Positions 27,636-35,357 of a stretch of 51,550 nucleotides of DNA are shown in pieces. Below the pieces are notes generated by a model. It was not told where the DNA came from. It searched no databases and worked only from the letters and a program-made list of their open reading frames with translations. The translations under genes and the position numbers were made by a program. The stretch comes from a virus (taxonomy: Duplodnaviria > Caudoviricetes): positions 1 through 51,550 of the IMG/VR virus record IMGVR_UViG_3300025401_000005, one strand, 5' to 3'. Numbering within the stretch: position 1 is the first letter of the stretch; the number at the start of each line of letters is the position of its first letter.

Positions 27636-27776
27636 TTATTCATGGGTTGCGGCGGTGTTTATGGTTTGGTTCAGTTGCTGGAGATCCAGAGTTGCGTTCA
27701 AAATTTTGACTTCTAGATCAAGGATTCTGATTGCGTCCTCAAGGTCGTTGAATTTCTGGCGTGTTTCATCGTCCAT
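27636..27776 (-). CDS. Small coiled-coil protein
   Basis: MDDETRQKF..INTAATHE. Confidence 0.5.
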   Translation of the reverse strand: MDDETRQKFNDLEDAIRILDLEVKILNATLDLQQLNQTINTAATHE

Positions 27777-27897
27777 TTGCGGCGGTGTTTGGGGTTGTGG
27801 TTGTGCCGGTGTTTGCTGTTCGGAAAGCGGCAAGCAGTTTGACGGCGGGTGTTGATGTTGCGGTCTTGAAGACCAGTCTTTTCGGTTTCAGTTTCAT
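27766..27897 (-). CDS. Small protein (MKLKPKRLVF...NTAANGR)
   Basis: Translated by hand, 43 aa. Confidence 0.4.
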   Translation of the reverse strand: MKLKPKRLVFKTATSTPAVKLLAAFRTANTGTTTTPNTAANGR

Positions 27898-27901
27898 GGA
27901 T

Positions 27902-28162
27902 TCAGTTGATTTGAAAGATTCGGTCAAGATGCCGGTCAACGGTTAGGCTACCGGCGGCGGTGTTTCTGTCAATTTCTTTCAGTTTCTTTTTCAACACAAG
28001 TAAATTGTTGTGGATCTCCCGCGCCCGTGGAGTCGAGATGTTGACTTCCTCCAGGGAGTGCGCGGCGGCGGTTTTGAGCAGAACATGGAACAGGGGTTCC
28101 AGTTCGTTGACGAGTTGCCGCGCCCCAGTTAAGGGGCCGGCGGCGGTGTTTTCGTTGGTCAT
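27902..28162 (-). CDS. Early hypothetical protein
   Basis: Helical ORF with two NTAA and one KTAA. Confidence 0.55.
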   Translation of the reverse strand: MTNENTAAGPLTGARQLVNELEPLFHVLLKTAAAHSLEEVNISTPRAREIHNNLLVLKKKLKEIDRNTAAGSLTVDRHLDRIFQIN

Positions 28163-28164
28163 GG

Positions 28165-28416
28165 TCACTCGTTGGAATAGTTGGAGCAGAGATCGTCGGC
28201 GGTGACCCAGGTATCTCCTCGCGGGTCATCTTGCCAGCATTCTTCGCAACAGAATGCCCTGTAACCGCGCCGGTCTCCGTGCCATGAAGGATCGGGGCTT
28301 CCACATTGGCAAATCATGGGAGGTGGTTCCGGGGGCGGCGGCGGCATTGTTTCCCCCGCAAGGTTGAAGGGCATATCTTTTTCGGGTATTAGTTGGAACT
28401 GTTCGGGTGTTTTCAT
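28165..28416 (-). CDS. Early protein: PFNLAGE motif, poly-Pro linker, Cys zinc domain
   Basis: Start MKTPEQ at 28416 after an A/C-rich leader; CQCG..CCEECW. Confidence 0.6.
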   Translation of the reverse strand: MKTPEQFQLIPEKDMPFNLAGETMPPPPPEPPPMICQCGSPDPSWHGDRRGYRAFCCEECWQDDPRGDTWVTADDLCSNYSNE

Positions 28417-28448
28417 GGGTTGGTGTTTCTGTTGGTGTTTCAGTTGGT

Positions 28449-28706
28449 TTACAGCATTGATTTGATGATTTCGATTTGCCGAGCCTGTTCGTCGAGTGCG
28501 GCGGTTAAACGGGCAAGAATGCCCTCTATGGACATATCCTTTGCTGGCGGCATGACCTCCCAGGGCGCGGCGGCGGTGTTTTCCATCGCGCAAAGAATGT
28601 CTCCGTGCTCGTCAAATTGATTGCAGAAACAATGGTTTTCGTCGCATCCGTTCGGATTGTCGGTCACGGCGGCGGTGTTTTCTGATTCAGTTTCGGTGTT
28701 GCTCAT
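28449..28706 (-). CDS. Early hypothetical protein
   Basis: Acidic, Cys cluster, two NTAA. Confidence 0.55.
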   Translation of the reverse strand: MSNTETESENTAAVTDNPNGCDENHCFCNQFDEHGDILCAMENTAAAPWEVMPPAKDMSIEGILARLTAALDEQARQIEIIKSML

Positions 28707-28727
28707 GGTGTTTCAGTTGGTTTCGGG

Positions 28728-28889
28728 TTAGTGTTTGGGCCATCGGTTCACGATATCCATGAACCGTGATTGTGTTCTGTCTGTCCATTCCGTTTCGTCC
28801 TCGTCATTCTCGAAACCTCCTGCCGGTTTCGGGTCATTCTGGTTCACGGTGTTTCGGATTTCGTCGTTCAATTCGTCGGGTGTTTTCAT
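28728..28889 (-). CDS. Small acidic early protein (MKTPDELNDE...)
   Basis: Translated by hand, 53 aa; its leader and start resemble those of the ORF starting at 28416. Confidence 0.5.
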   Translation of the reverse strand: MKTPDELNDEIRNTVNQNDPKPAGGFENDEDETEWTDRTQSRFMDIVNRWPKH

Positions 28890-28913
28890 GGGTTGGGTTG
28901 GGTTGGTTTCGGG

Positions 28914-29114
28914 TTAAAGGGTTACAAGGTCGCGTGAAATCCATCGGGAATCCCCTGCGGTAGGGTCCAGGGACAGGGACGCAAGGATCTTTTCTCCTTC
29001 GTCCAGCAGGATAAAGACCTCCTCTCCTGCGTTAATCGTGAGGCTATATGGGGCGATTCTGTCGGGCCATAAGGTGACGGGATCGCGCAATGTGGCGGTT
29101 TTTATGGTCATCAT
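28914..29114 (-). CDS. Early hypothetical protein (SH3-like pattern)
   Basis: LTINAGEEVFIL..RWISRDLV. Confidence 0.5.
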   Translation of the reverse strand: MMTIKTATLRDPVTLWPDRIAPYSLTINAGEEVFILLDEGEKILASLSLDPTAGDSRWISRDLVTL

Positions 29115-29314
29115 ATCGTGCCCGTGTAAATGATTTCGTGCGAGCCGGTGACCGTGATCAGACCGGCGGCCTTTAAATGGGCCAGTATCGCGTTATATTT
29201 GACGAGACCCATTGTGCCCATCAATGAGGCGTAGAGATGACCCGATGGGATTCTGCCGGCCTCGCGGATGGCAAAAGCGATCTCTGTCATTATCAGTTTA
29301 TCTTTTTCGTTCAT
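29111..29314 (-). CDS. Winged-helix-like small protein
   Basis: IPSGHLYASLMG..LKAAGLI. Confidence 0.55.
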   Translation of the reverse strand: MNEKDKLIMTEIAFAIREAGRIPSGHLYASLMGTMGLVKYNAILAHLKAAGLITVTGSHEIIYTGTI

Positions 29315-29340
29315 GGTTTGGTGTGTTGGGGTTGGGGTGA

Positions 29341-30012
29341 TTAGTTTCTGGCAATTGCGTCCGCTTTTTCGGACTGCGAACCGTGCGCGGGGAATCCGAT
29401 GATGTACTCACGATTACCCCGCTGACAGAGTCCGCAAGAGTTACAGGTGATAAAATCCGAGCGGGTCGCGGGGCAAACGATCACGCGCCGGCCCTGTGGC
29501 GTTTTGAGGTTCGGAACATTCACGGCCTCGGATGGAAGGACGGTGACGACCGGGAGCCGGTGACGGGATAACCTATCAGCGTGGGAGAGGTTGTTTGCCG
29601 AAAGATTGATCGTGAAACCGTGCGCGGTAGCCTCACGGATCGCGGCAAGGTTCGCGGAGGTCGGCGGTTTGTGGGTATAAGTAAAGCCTTTCCTGCCACG
29701 ATTAGCACGGGCAAGGGCTACCAGTTCCCGTTTGTTGATGCGGTCGCCGCGCCCGGGGAGGTCGCCGGCTTGGTTATGTCTCCAAAGAGTTCCTTGTGGG
29801 ATCGCTCGGATTTTGCCGAGGAAATCGCGGAAGGTTTCACCCCGCGCTCCCTTGGTCACTTTGCTCCAATGCATCCCTAGGAAACTGGTTTTAGCGTAGC
29901 ACCCGCCAGCCTTTAGAGGGCATGAATCCGGGCATGACTGTGCGCCCGTGGTAGTGACCGGCATCGGCCCCGTTTTCTGGTTGTCGCTGATGGCGGTAAA
30001 GTGGAAATTCAT
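29341..30012 (-). CDS. Cys-rich Gp88-like / DUF7227-like protein (possible Fe-S)
   Basis: NQKTG..SCPDSCPL..CYA, WRHNQAGD, FTYTH, INLSA, CPA..TCNSCGLC, FPAHG. Confidence 0.6.
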   Translation of the reverse strand: MNFHFTAISDNQKTGPMPVTTTGAQSCPDSCPLKAGGCYAKTSFLGMHWSKVTKGARGETFRDFLGKIRAIPQGTLWRHNQAGDLPGRGDRINKRELVALARANRGRKGFTYTHKPPTSANLAAIREATAHGFTINLSANNLSHADRLSRHRLPVVTVLPSEAVNVPNLKTPQGRRVIVCPATRSDFITCNSCGLCQRGNREYIIGFPAHGSQSEKADAIARN

Positions 30013-30030
30013 GGTTTGCTCCTTTATGGG

Positions 30031-30168
30031 TTAGTTGTTGATGATATAGGCAAGACGGGCCGCGAGGATCGCGATCAGCGCGCCCAGGATGGCAAGATGG
30101 ACTATAAGAGCATGGATTTGCTTGCGGCGATTCCATGCGATGATGACGGGACTTTTCTGGTAGTTCAT
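30031..30168 (-). CDS. Small membrane peptide
   Basis: Translated by hand, 45 aa; LIVHLAILGALIAILAA transmembrane segment. Confidence 0.5.
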   Translation of the reverse strand: MNYQKSPVIIAWNRRKQIHALIVHLAILGALIAILAARLAYIINN

Positions 30169-30172
30169 GGGG

Positions 30173-30460
30173 TTACAGCTTAAAGGCTGATTTAAGGGCA
30201 TCTACGCACTCAAAGGGGATTCCCAAAATCCAATAGTCGCCCATGTCTAGGCAAGCGGTCACTCTGATGCCGGTAATGCCTTCACTTGTCAGCCAATTTT
30301 CTGCCTGTTCGCGGGAGGAGGTGAATTCATACCCATATGACAGGGTAACTTTTTTGTTATTGAAGCGGGGCAAGGAAAGGATCGTTCGCGACCCCCTGCA
30401 ATCTGTCGGGCCTTTATAGCGGACTACAACGGAAATGAGGTGTTCGGATTCGGTGTTCAT
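30173..30460 (-). CDS. Early hypothetical protein
   Basis: YKGPTDCRGSR motif recurrent in phage early genes. Confidence 0.6.
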   Translation of the reverse strand: MNTESEHLISVVVRYKGPTDCRGSRTILSLPRFNNKKVTLSYGYEFTSSREQAENWLTSEGITGIRVTACLDMGDYWILGIPFECVDALKSAFKL

Positions 30461-30488
30461 GGTTCGGTGTTGGTTTGTTGGTTGGTGA

Positions 30489-30674
30489 TTATTTAAGAGG
30501 GGAGGAAATTTCCAGACCGTCAAAACAAGAGAGGAATTCATCCCTGGTAAGGTTTCTAAAATAGTTACACCAGACAATAAATGGAGAGACTCCCTTGCTA
30601 GTGCGCTCAAAGTATATTTCGCGAACAAGGGAAATCTCGCGGTCGCTGATCTTCCTATTTTTTGATTTCTTCAT
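30489..30674 (-). CDS. First early hypothetical protein
   Basis: ATG after an A/C-rich leader, downstream of the leftward promoter. Confidence 0.5.
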   Translation of the reverse strand: MKKSKNRKISDREISLVREIYFERTSKGVSPFIVWCNYFRNLTRDEFLSCFDGLEISSPLK

Positions 30675-30755
30675 GGTGTTGGTTTGGTTGCGATCACTCG
30701 CGGAAGCCCATTCTGTGGGCCTCTGAAGGTGTTGGGCGCGATTGATCATGGGTCA

Positions 30756-30783
30756 AAGATACCACATTCACCGTACTATGCAA
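30756..30783 (-). promoter_or_regulatory. Sigma70-like early leftward promoter
   Basis: TTGCAT-16bp-TATCTT with extended TG. Confidence 0.5.
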
Positions 30784-30829
30784 GAGAAAATGAAAGAAAC
30801 TTTTAGAGGGGTAGAATAGAGAATAAGTC

Positions 30830-30859
30830 TTGACAGTTTCCGGGGCCGGTAAGTATCAT
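30830..30859 (+). promoter_or_regulatory. Sigma70-like rightward promoter
   Basis: TTGACA-18bp-TATCAT, divergent from the early promoter. Confidence 0.45.
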
Positions 30860-31092
30860 CCGAGCATCGCGAGGCAACACAATCAAGAGATGACAAACAG
30901 CGAAAAAGCGAACACATTAAATTATTAGATGCCCGAACATTTAACCGCCCCGAATAATTAACACCCATTAATTACTACCAGCGAAGGCGGGAGCCGAGCG
31001 GGTGAGCGAAGCGAAGCCGAGGGCCAGGGAGGCCCGAGCGAAACAGCGGGATTGACAGAATGCGAGACCGTAGGTAGTGATTAATCCCGAAA

Positions 31093-31647
31093 ATGACCAC
31101 ATTATCCACTCAAGAAATCCCTACATTAACAAAGAAAGAACTCGCATACTGTACCTTGAGAGCAAAGGGAGAGAATAAAAGCCGATCATATCTGTTGGCT
31201 GGTTATAAAGCCAAGGACGGTCACCAGGCGGGATCTATGGCTTGCAAACTTGAAGCGAAACCAAGAATTGAACAATACCTTTCAACCTTAAAGACAAGCG
31301 TAGCAGTCCACAACGTGCTTACCGTTGAAGCTAAAAGGCGTTTTCTTCACGACCTAGTCCATGCTGACCCGTCTGACCCATCCCTTCCCGGTCACCTGGT
31401 ACAAGAGGTAAGAGAAGAGGTAGATCAGGAGGGCCGGCGAAAGAAAGTGATAAAATTGCCGAGCAAATTAGAAGCAATTAATATAGATAATAAGATGGCC
31501 GGCGATAACTACGCGGACAGGCATGATACAGGCCCCGTCAATCAGTTTCAGTTTCTGATAGCATTAGGGAGGGCCGGCAACATCAGCGAACTGGCAGGGG
31601 CAGGACAGGGCGCGGTAATTGATGCGGTCACGGAGCCGGCAAGGTAG
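31093..31647 (+). CDS. terS: Terminase small subunit
   Basis: LTKKELAYC..SYLLAGY..ACKLEAKPRIEQYL N-terminal HTH; KLPSKLEAI. Confidence 0.75.
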   Translation: MTTLSTQEIPTLTKKELAYCTLRAKGENKSRSYLLAGYKAKDGHQAGSMACKLEAKPRIEQYLSTLKTSVAVHNVLTVEAKRRFLHDLVHADPSDPSLPGHLVQEVREEVDQEGRRKKVIKLPSKLEAINIDNKMAGDNYADRHDTGPVNQFQFLIALGRAGNISELAGAGQGAVIDAVTEPAR

Positions 31648-31886
31648 CCGGTGAGCCAGGAGCGCGCCGGTAGCCTGTAGCCGGTGAGGGGGCCGGCATG
31701 GTAGGCTCTCCTACAAGAATTACTAACGGGTGGTGGGGAGGGGTACAACCCCCGCCCAGGGCCGGGGTCGATCACGATATACCCCAACCAAAAAAAATCA
31801 GTATCTGGAAACTTCTCCCTATTTTAGAAGTTTGTAGAAGCGTGGTAGATTGACAATAGATTGCGGATTATGCAATATAGTGTGTA

Positions 31887-32099
31887 ATGAGCTTGAGATA
31901 CCCTCCAGAAGAGTTTACGAAGCCTAGCATCATGTTGTTGAGGAGTCTTGCTACGGAGCTTGGTGAAACGGCTAGTAAAGAGCCGGGAGGCTATGGTGGG
32001 GCAAAGATGGAGAGGAAGAGGTTGAGTAAGATTTTGAAGGAGCATATAAATGATCCTAGACTTTCTGATTGGGATAGGGATATGATTAGGGGACTATGA
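31887..32099 (+). CDS. Hypothetical protein
   Basis: Downstream of TTGACA at 31850; ATGA overlap with the next ORF. Confidence 0.55.
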   Translation: MSLRYPPEEFTKPSIMLLRSLATELGETASKEPGGYGGAKMERKRLSKILKEHINDPRLSDWDRDMIRGL

Positions 32100-32458
32100 A
32101 CGAGGGAGAATTTCTTATTACGCTATTGAATTCGGCAACTGTTGCCCATGTGTTGCATTTGCAGAGTCGGAGTTATGCGGAGCATAAGGCGTTGCAGAGG
32201 TTTTATCAAGAGATGCCAGACCTGGTTGATTCTGTGATTGAGGCGTGGCAGGGAAGGCATGGGCAGTTGGTTGAGTACCCGGATCAATTGGTTGAGGTAA
32301 GTGATCACAAGGATTCGTTGGAGTATCTGATGTTTTTGAAGATACTTGTTGATGAGGATCGGTATGTGTTGGGCGAGGCTAGTGAGATCCAGAATCTTGT
32401 GGATGATGTTGCACAGTTGATTGATTCTACTATTTACAAGCTGACCTTCTTGAAGTAG
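32096..32458 (+). CDS. Ferritin/Dps-like four-helix protein (DUF5856-like)
   Basis: HVLHLQSRSYAEHKAL..FY..D.VIEAWQG..YKLTFL. Confidence 0.7.
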   Translation: MNEGEFLITLLNSATVAHVLHLQSRSYAEHKALQRFYQEMPDLVDSVIEAWQGRHGQLVEYPDQLVEVSDHKDSLEYLMFLKILVDEDRYVLGEASEIQNLVDDVAQLIDSTIYKLTFLK

Positions 32459-32460
32459 TT

Positions 32461-32848
32461 TTGGTTTGGAATCATTGCTGGTTGCATTGGAAATATCCGA
32501 TGGTGGGTCGCTCCCATAGGGTAGGAAACTACCGCCAGAGATGAGTCCTTACAGAATCGGAAGCGAACGATTCCAGCCCTTTACGGATCGGGGAATAGCC
32601 GTATAGCCAAAGGATAGGCGATAGGTCGCACAATAGCGGGCCGTCCTCAACAGTCCCGTATCGGGGAAACTCGATTCCACATGGTTCGCCCAGCGGGACT
32701 TCAATTTCATAATTATACCCCTCACGCCTCTGCCTGTGAGCAAGCGCACCAGAGGGGTTCTTATTTATAAAGAACTACTAAAATGTTTACAATTAGTAGT
32801 TGGATTCCCTTCATGGGGGATTATCCCAGCATCCGTTAATCAAACCAT
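32461..32848 (+). ncRNA. Candidate large structured non-coding RNA (unclassified)
   Basis: Series of hairpins, two with GAAA loops; G-U pairs favour the + strand; 5'/3' closing helices; no credible ORF. Confidence 0.5.
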
Positions 32849-32977
32849 GCTACACTTCCAGACTGCACGATAAACAAGACAAGTGTAGTAGAACGAAAAT
32901 ATGTCTGTGAACTGCTACATCTGTCCTTTTAAGAAGGATAGGTTATTAAAAAAGCGTCCTTTTATAAAGCCTTTGAT

Positions 32978-33051
32978 TGGCTACCGATCATGGATTTGAA
33001 CCATGACTAGGGGAGTCAAAGTCCCCTGTGCTACCGTTACACCAATCGGTA
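32978..33051 (-). tRNA. tRNA-Gln(UUG)
   Basis: Acceptor TACCGAT/ATCGGTA, D arm GTGTAACGGTAGCAC, anticodon arm GGGGA-CTTTGAC-TCCCC, T arm CATGG-TTCAAAT-CCATG, encoded CCA. Confidence 0.95.
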
Positions 33052-33088
33052 TAGTCTAAAATTTAACCAATAAAATTAGAGTATGAAC

Positions 33089-33316
33089 TTATTTGCGTGG
33101 TCTTCCCCGGCCTTTGGGGATTGTTTTGGATTGTCTCCGTTTGAGTGCCAGCATTCCGTAAATGGTTTTGGTGGCAATCTCTGGGTCTAGCGTGGTTAAG
33201 AAGTGATCAAACTGGTCGGAGTTTATTACCAACATCCGATTGATCAAGTGTGAATATTCCTTGCCTTCCCTAGCAAGTTGTTTTGCTTCCTCAAATGCAT
33301 CGTCTTGTCTGTTCAT
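33089..33316 (-). CDS. Hypothetical protein with C-terminal AT-hook-like motif
   Basis: Ends PKGRGRPRK. Confidence 0.6.
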   Translation of the reverse strand: MNRQDDAFEEAKQLAREGKEYSHLINRMLVINSDQFDHFLTTLDPEIATKTIYGMLALKRRQSKTIPKGRGRPRK

Positions 33317-33373
33317 TTAGAAAATAAAAAAGGTATTGCAAGAAAATAAAAAATCTGCTAGTTGGAGATTTGT

Positions 33374-33574
33374 ATGAATGCACTATTCAATACATCAAAT
33401 GTACTTGAGAAAAGTTGCGATGAGTGCGGAGGCACGGGTCGTAACTGGTACGATGAGGGAAGTGGAGAACCATGCTGGAAGTGCCAAGGTAGCGGTCATA
33501 TCGTTACTGCGGAAGGGAAAGCAATACTCCAACTCCTTGCTCATCATCAAGGGCAATTGGTGCAATACACATAA
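33374..33574 (+). CDS. Anti-TRAP (RtpA)-like zinc-binding protein
   Basis: LEKSCDECGGTG..PCWKCQGSGHIVTAEGKAILQLLAHH follows the anti-TRAP layout (two CxxCxGxG motifs, then TxxG helix ending in H); GGAG upstream. Confidence 0.65.
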   Translation: MNALFNTSNVLEKSCDECGGTGRNWYDEGSGEPCWKCQGSGHIVTAEGKAILQLLAHHQGQLVQYT

Positions 33575-33592
33575 TCATTTCTCCAGCCTTCT

Positions 33593-33826
33593 CTATCTGT
33601 CTCGCCAAAGCAGATCGGAAAGTCGGTTGGCATAGGCTCTTACTTTCAATTCTGGAAGGTTAGGGTCAAGGATGTGTATCCCTTCATGCAGAACGATATT
33701 TAATCTTTTCTTGGTTAATAGGCGTGGATCTATTTCTATCTTTTTGTCGGCAAATGTAGCTTGCCCATCATTGCGTTCCCTGCCCAATTTTCTATCTTCT
33801 ATCTTAATACGGGCGGGTAATTTCAT
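33593..33826 (-). CDS. Small HExxH metallopeptidase-like protein
   Basis: IEIDPRL..LHEGIH. Confidence 0.65.
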   Translation of the reverse strand: MKLPARIKIEDRKLGRERNDGQATFADKKIEIDPRLLTKKRLNIVLHEGIHILDPNLPELKVRAYANRLSDLLWRDR

Positions 33827-34097
33827 TTGTTATGCGATAGAAGTTCATGACGCATACTTTTCCTTTGGAGAAACAGGATTCTTTCTTCATCTCCATCTCG
33901 CCAGCCGCAACCCTACGATCCAATCGTTTGGCAATGACATCACGGTTTAATTTTAACTCTTTGACCAATTGGTTTACTGATACCCACTCACCTACTCCAA
34001 CTTCTTCTTCCGTTTGAGTTTTTATGATTGCCTTGATTGATTCAATGGCACTCTGGCGTAGTTCAGCTTCTGATGGGTCTAGTTTCTTTCGGTTCAT
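33804..34097 (-). CDS. Winged-helix DNA-binding protein
   Basis: WVSVNQLVKELKLNRDVIAKRL. Confidence 0.55.
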   Translation of the reverse strand: MNRKKLDPSEAELRQSAIESIKAIIKTQTEEEVGVGEWVSVNQLVKELKLNRDVIAKRLDRRVAAGEMEMKKESCFSKGKVCVMNFYRITNEITRPY

Positions 34098-34866
34098 GTT
34101 GGATTAGTTTGGTTGCTGGTAATTCTCCCTGGTCACATCCACGCCAATCTAGGATACCAATACCGGGACGGCACATGGAATCTCCCACAACTTTGTGGGC
34201 ATAGCGGGTCAATAGTTGCCATGCTGGTGTGACCATGAAGATTCCAGATCCATCGTTAAAGATTCCCCCCGTGTGACGATGGCCTCGTAAATAAACTTTG
34301 GGAACCCTATGCCCAACACGGGAGTAATTCTGACGGGCGTTGCCCATTGTTATAGACATTGCTCCTGCCTCTAGGTATGCCCTAGAACTCGTTGGCATAT
34401 GGTGGGCCATATCAATGAGAGTCCCGTGGATTTCGATGAGTGCTTTGTCACCACACCACTTTCCATGAATTTGTTTGGCAATATACTGTTCCCAATCTTT
34501 GACATGGCATTCCGTACCAGCGGTAAGGTAAATGACAGATGCGGATTTAACCAGAGGTTGGAGACATTGGATTGCCGCATTGGAATGATCCAGGCAATCA
34601 GCGGCAACAATTTGATCAGTTCCATGATGCCGGCCCTCAAGAAGATCGCCGTTAAGGAATAGGGCAAAAGGATCTTTGCCAAAATGCTTGAGTGCTTTTT
34701 CCGTCGAGTCCTGCCAACATTGCCATAACCATTGTTGGTGAAGGTTGTTTCCAAGACCAACCTTGTTGCCGCTTTTTGTTTCAAATCCATCGGGCCATAG
34801 ACCAACGGTAGATCCGCAATGGAGATCGGATGCAACAATTGCCCCGACAATGGGTTTTTTAGTCAT
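34063..34866 (-). CDS. Calcineurin-like metallophosphoesterase
   Basis: SDLHCG, NGDLLEG, GTECH, AHH, GHRH. Confidence 0.85.
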   Translation of the reverse strand: MTKKPIVGAIVASDLHCGSTVGLWPDGFETKSGNKVGLGNNLHQQWLWQCWQDSTEKALKHFGKDPFALFLNGDLLEGRHHGTDQIVAADCLDHSNAAIQCLQPLVKSASVIYLTAGTECHVKDWEQYIAKQIHGKWCGDKALIEIHGTLIDMAHHMPTSSRAYLEAGAMSITMGNARQNYSRVGHRVPKVYLRGHRHTGGIFNDGSGIFMVTPAWQLLTRYAHKVVGDSMCRPGIGILDWRGCDQGELPATKLIQHEPKETRPIRS

Positions 34867-35176
34867 TGGATTGATGGGGAATGTCTTTGGGTGGTCTATC
34901 GGAAACAAGTTCCTTTAGGATTGTTGCCGCATCTCTCAACGACACATTGTCTTCCTCCATCATTTGGGCAAGGAACTGGATGGATTCAATCCTGTTGGTA
35001 AGATGGTGAAGGTAACTGACAAGATCTAATTGCTCGTCCTTGAGGTTCTTGGCATACCATCCTGCACCGGCAGTCCAGAATTGGGTTTTGTGTTCCCTGC
35101 TTCCAGCAAAGTATTTCTCTAAACCAGCTTCTGATGCTTTGTTCCAAATCTCATGGGCATCTTGTTCTGGTGTCAT
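34859..35176 (-). CDS. Hypothetical protein, possibly all-alpha NTP-pyrophosphatase-like
   Basis: KY..G..EH..W..DEQLDLVSYL helical pattern; weak family call. Confidence 0.4.
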   Translation of the reverse strand: MTPEQDAHEIWNKASEAGLEKYFAGSREHKTQFWTAGAGWYAKNLKDEQLDLVSYLHHLTNRIESIQFLAQMMEEDNVSLRDAATILKELVSDRPPKDIPHQSND

Positions 35177-35182
35177 GGGTTT

Positions 35183-35353
35183 TTATTTTGATTGTATAAA
35201 TCTACGCCAGATGTCTTTGGGCGGGAAAATTCCACCGACACGGCATACATGGCAAGGATCACCATGACAAGTCTTCATTTCTTTCCAACATTCGGGACAG
35301 TTCCCGTTAAGATAAGCAATTCCTCCAATTAACCATTTGAGGAAATTGTTCAT
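35183..35353 (-). CDS. Small zinc-binding protein
   Basis: CPECW..CHVC. Confidence 0.5.
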   Translation of the reverse strand: MNNFLKWLIGGIAYLNGNCPECWKEMKTCHGDPCHVCRVGGIFPPKDIWRRFIQSK

Positions 35354-35357
35354 GGAT

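Larger units (their letters stand above)
27649..28680. repeat. Six exact, co-oriented copies of GCGGCGGTGTTT (NTAA on - strand)
   Basis: Copies at 27649, 27779, 27954, 28140, 28570 and 28669; variants at 26327, 26595, 27805 and 28065. Confidence 0.85.

Noticed and set aside
27649-28680. 12-mer repeats as a CRISPR array
   Set aside because: The repeats are too short, irregularly spaced (about 100-430 bp) and lie in frame inside ORFs.
32534-32550. Hammerhead-like CAGAGATGAG
   Set aside because: It does not match the CUGANGA core, and no correctly placed GAAA with stems follows.
32595-32680. Group II domain V-like (AGCCGTAT..GCGATAGGTCGCAC) or group I-like (ACAGTCC plus GNRA hairpin) elements
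   Set aside because: The domain V helix does not close, no P7 partner is present, no gene is interrupted and there is no maturase.
33575-33595. TAG near the end of the HExxH ORF (DR*RRLEK*) and TAA in the MTase beta frame as evidence of stop-codon recoding
   Set aside because: TAG and TAA terminate many tightly packed genes normally, long genes are uninterrupted, and the tRNA anticodon is UUG, not a suppressor. Point mutations are more likely.
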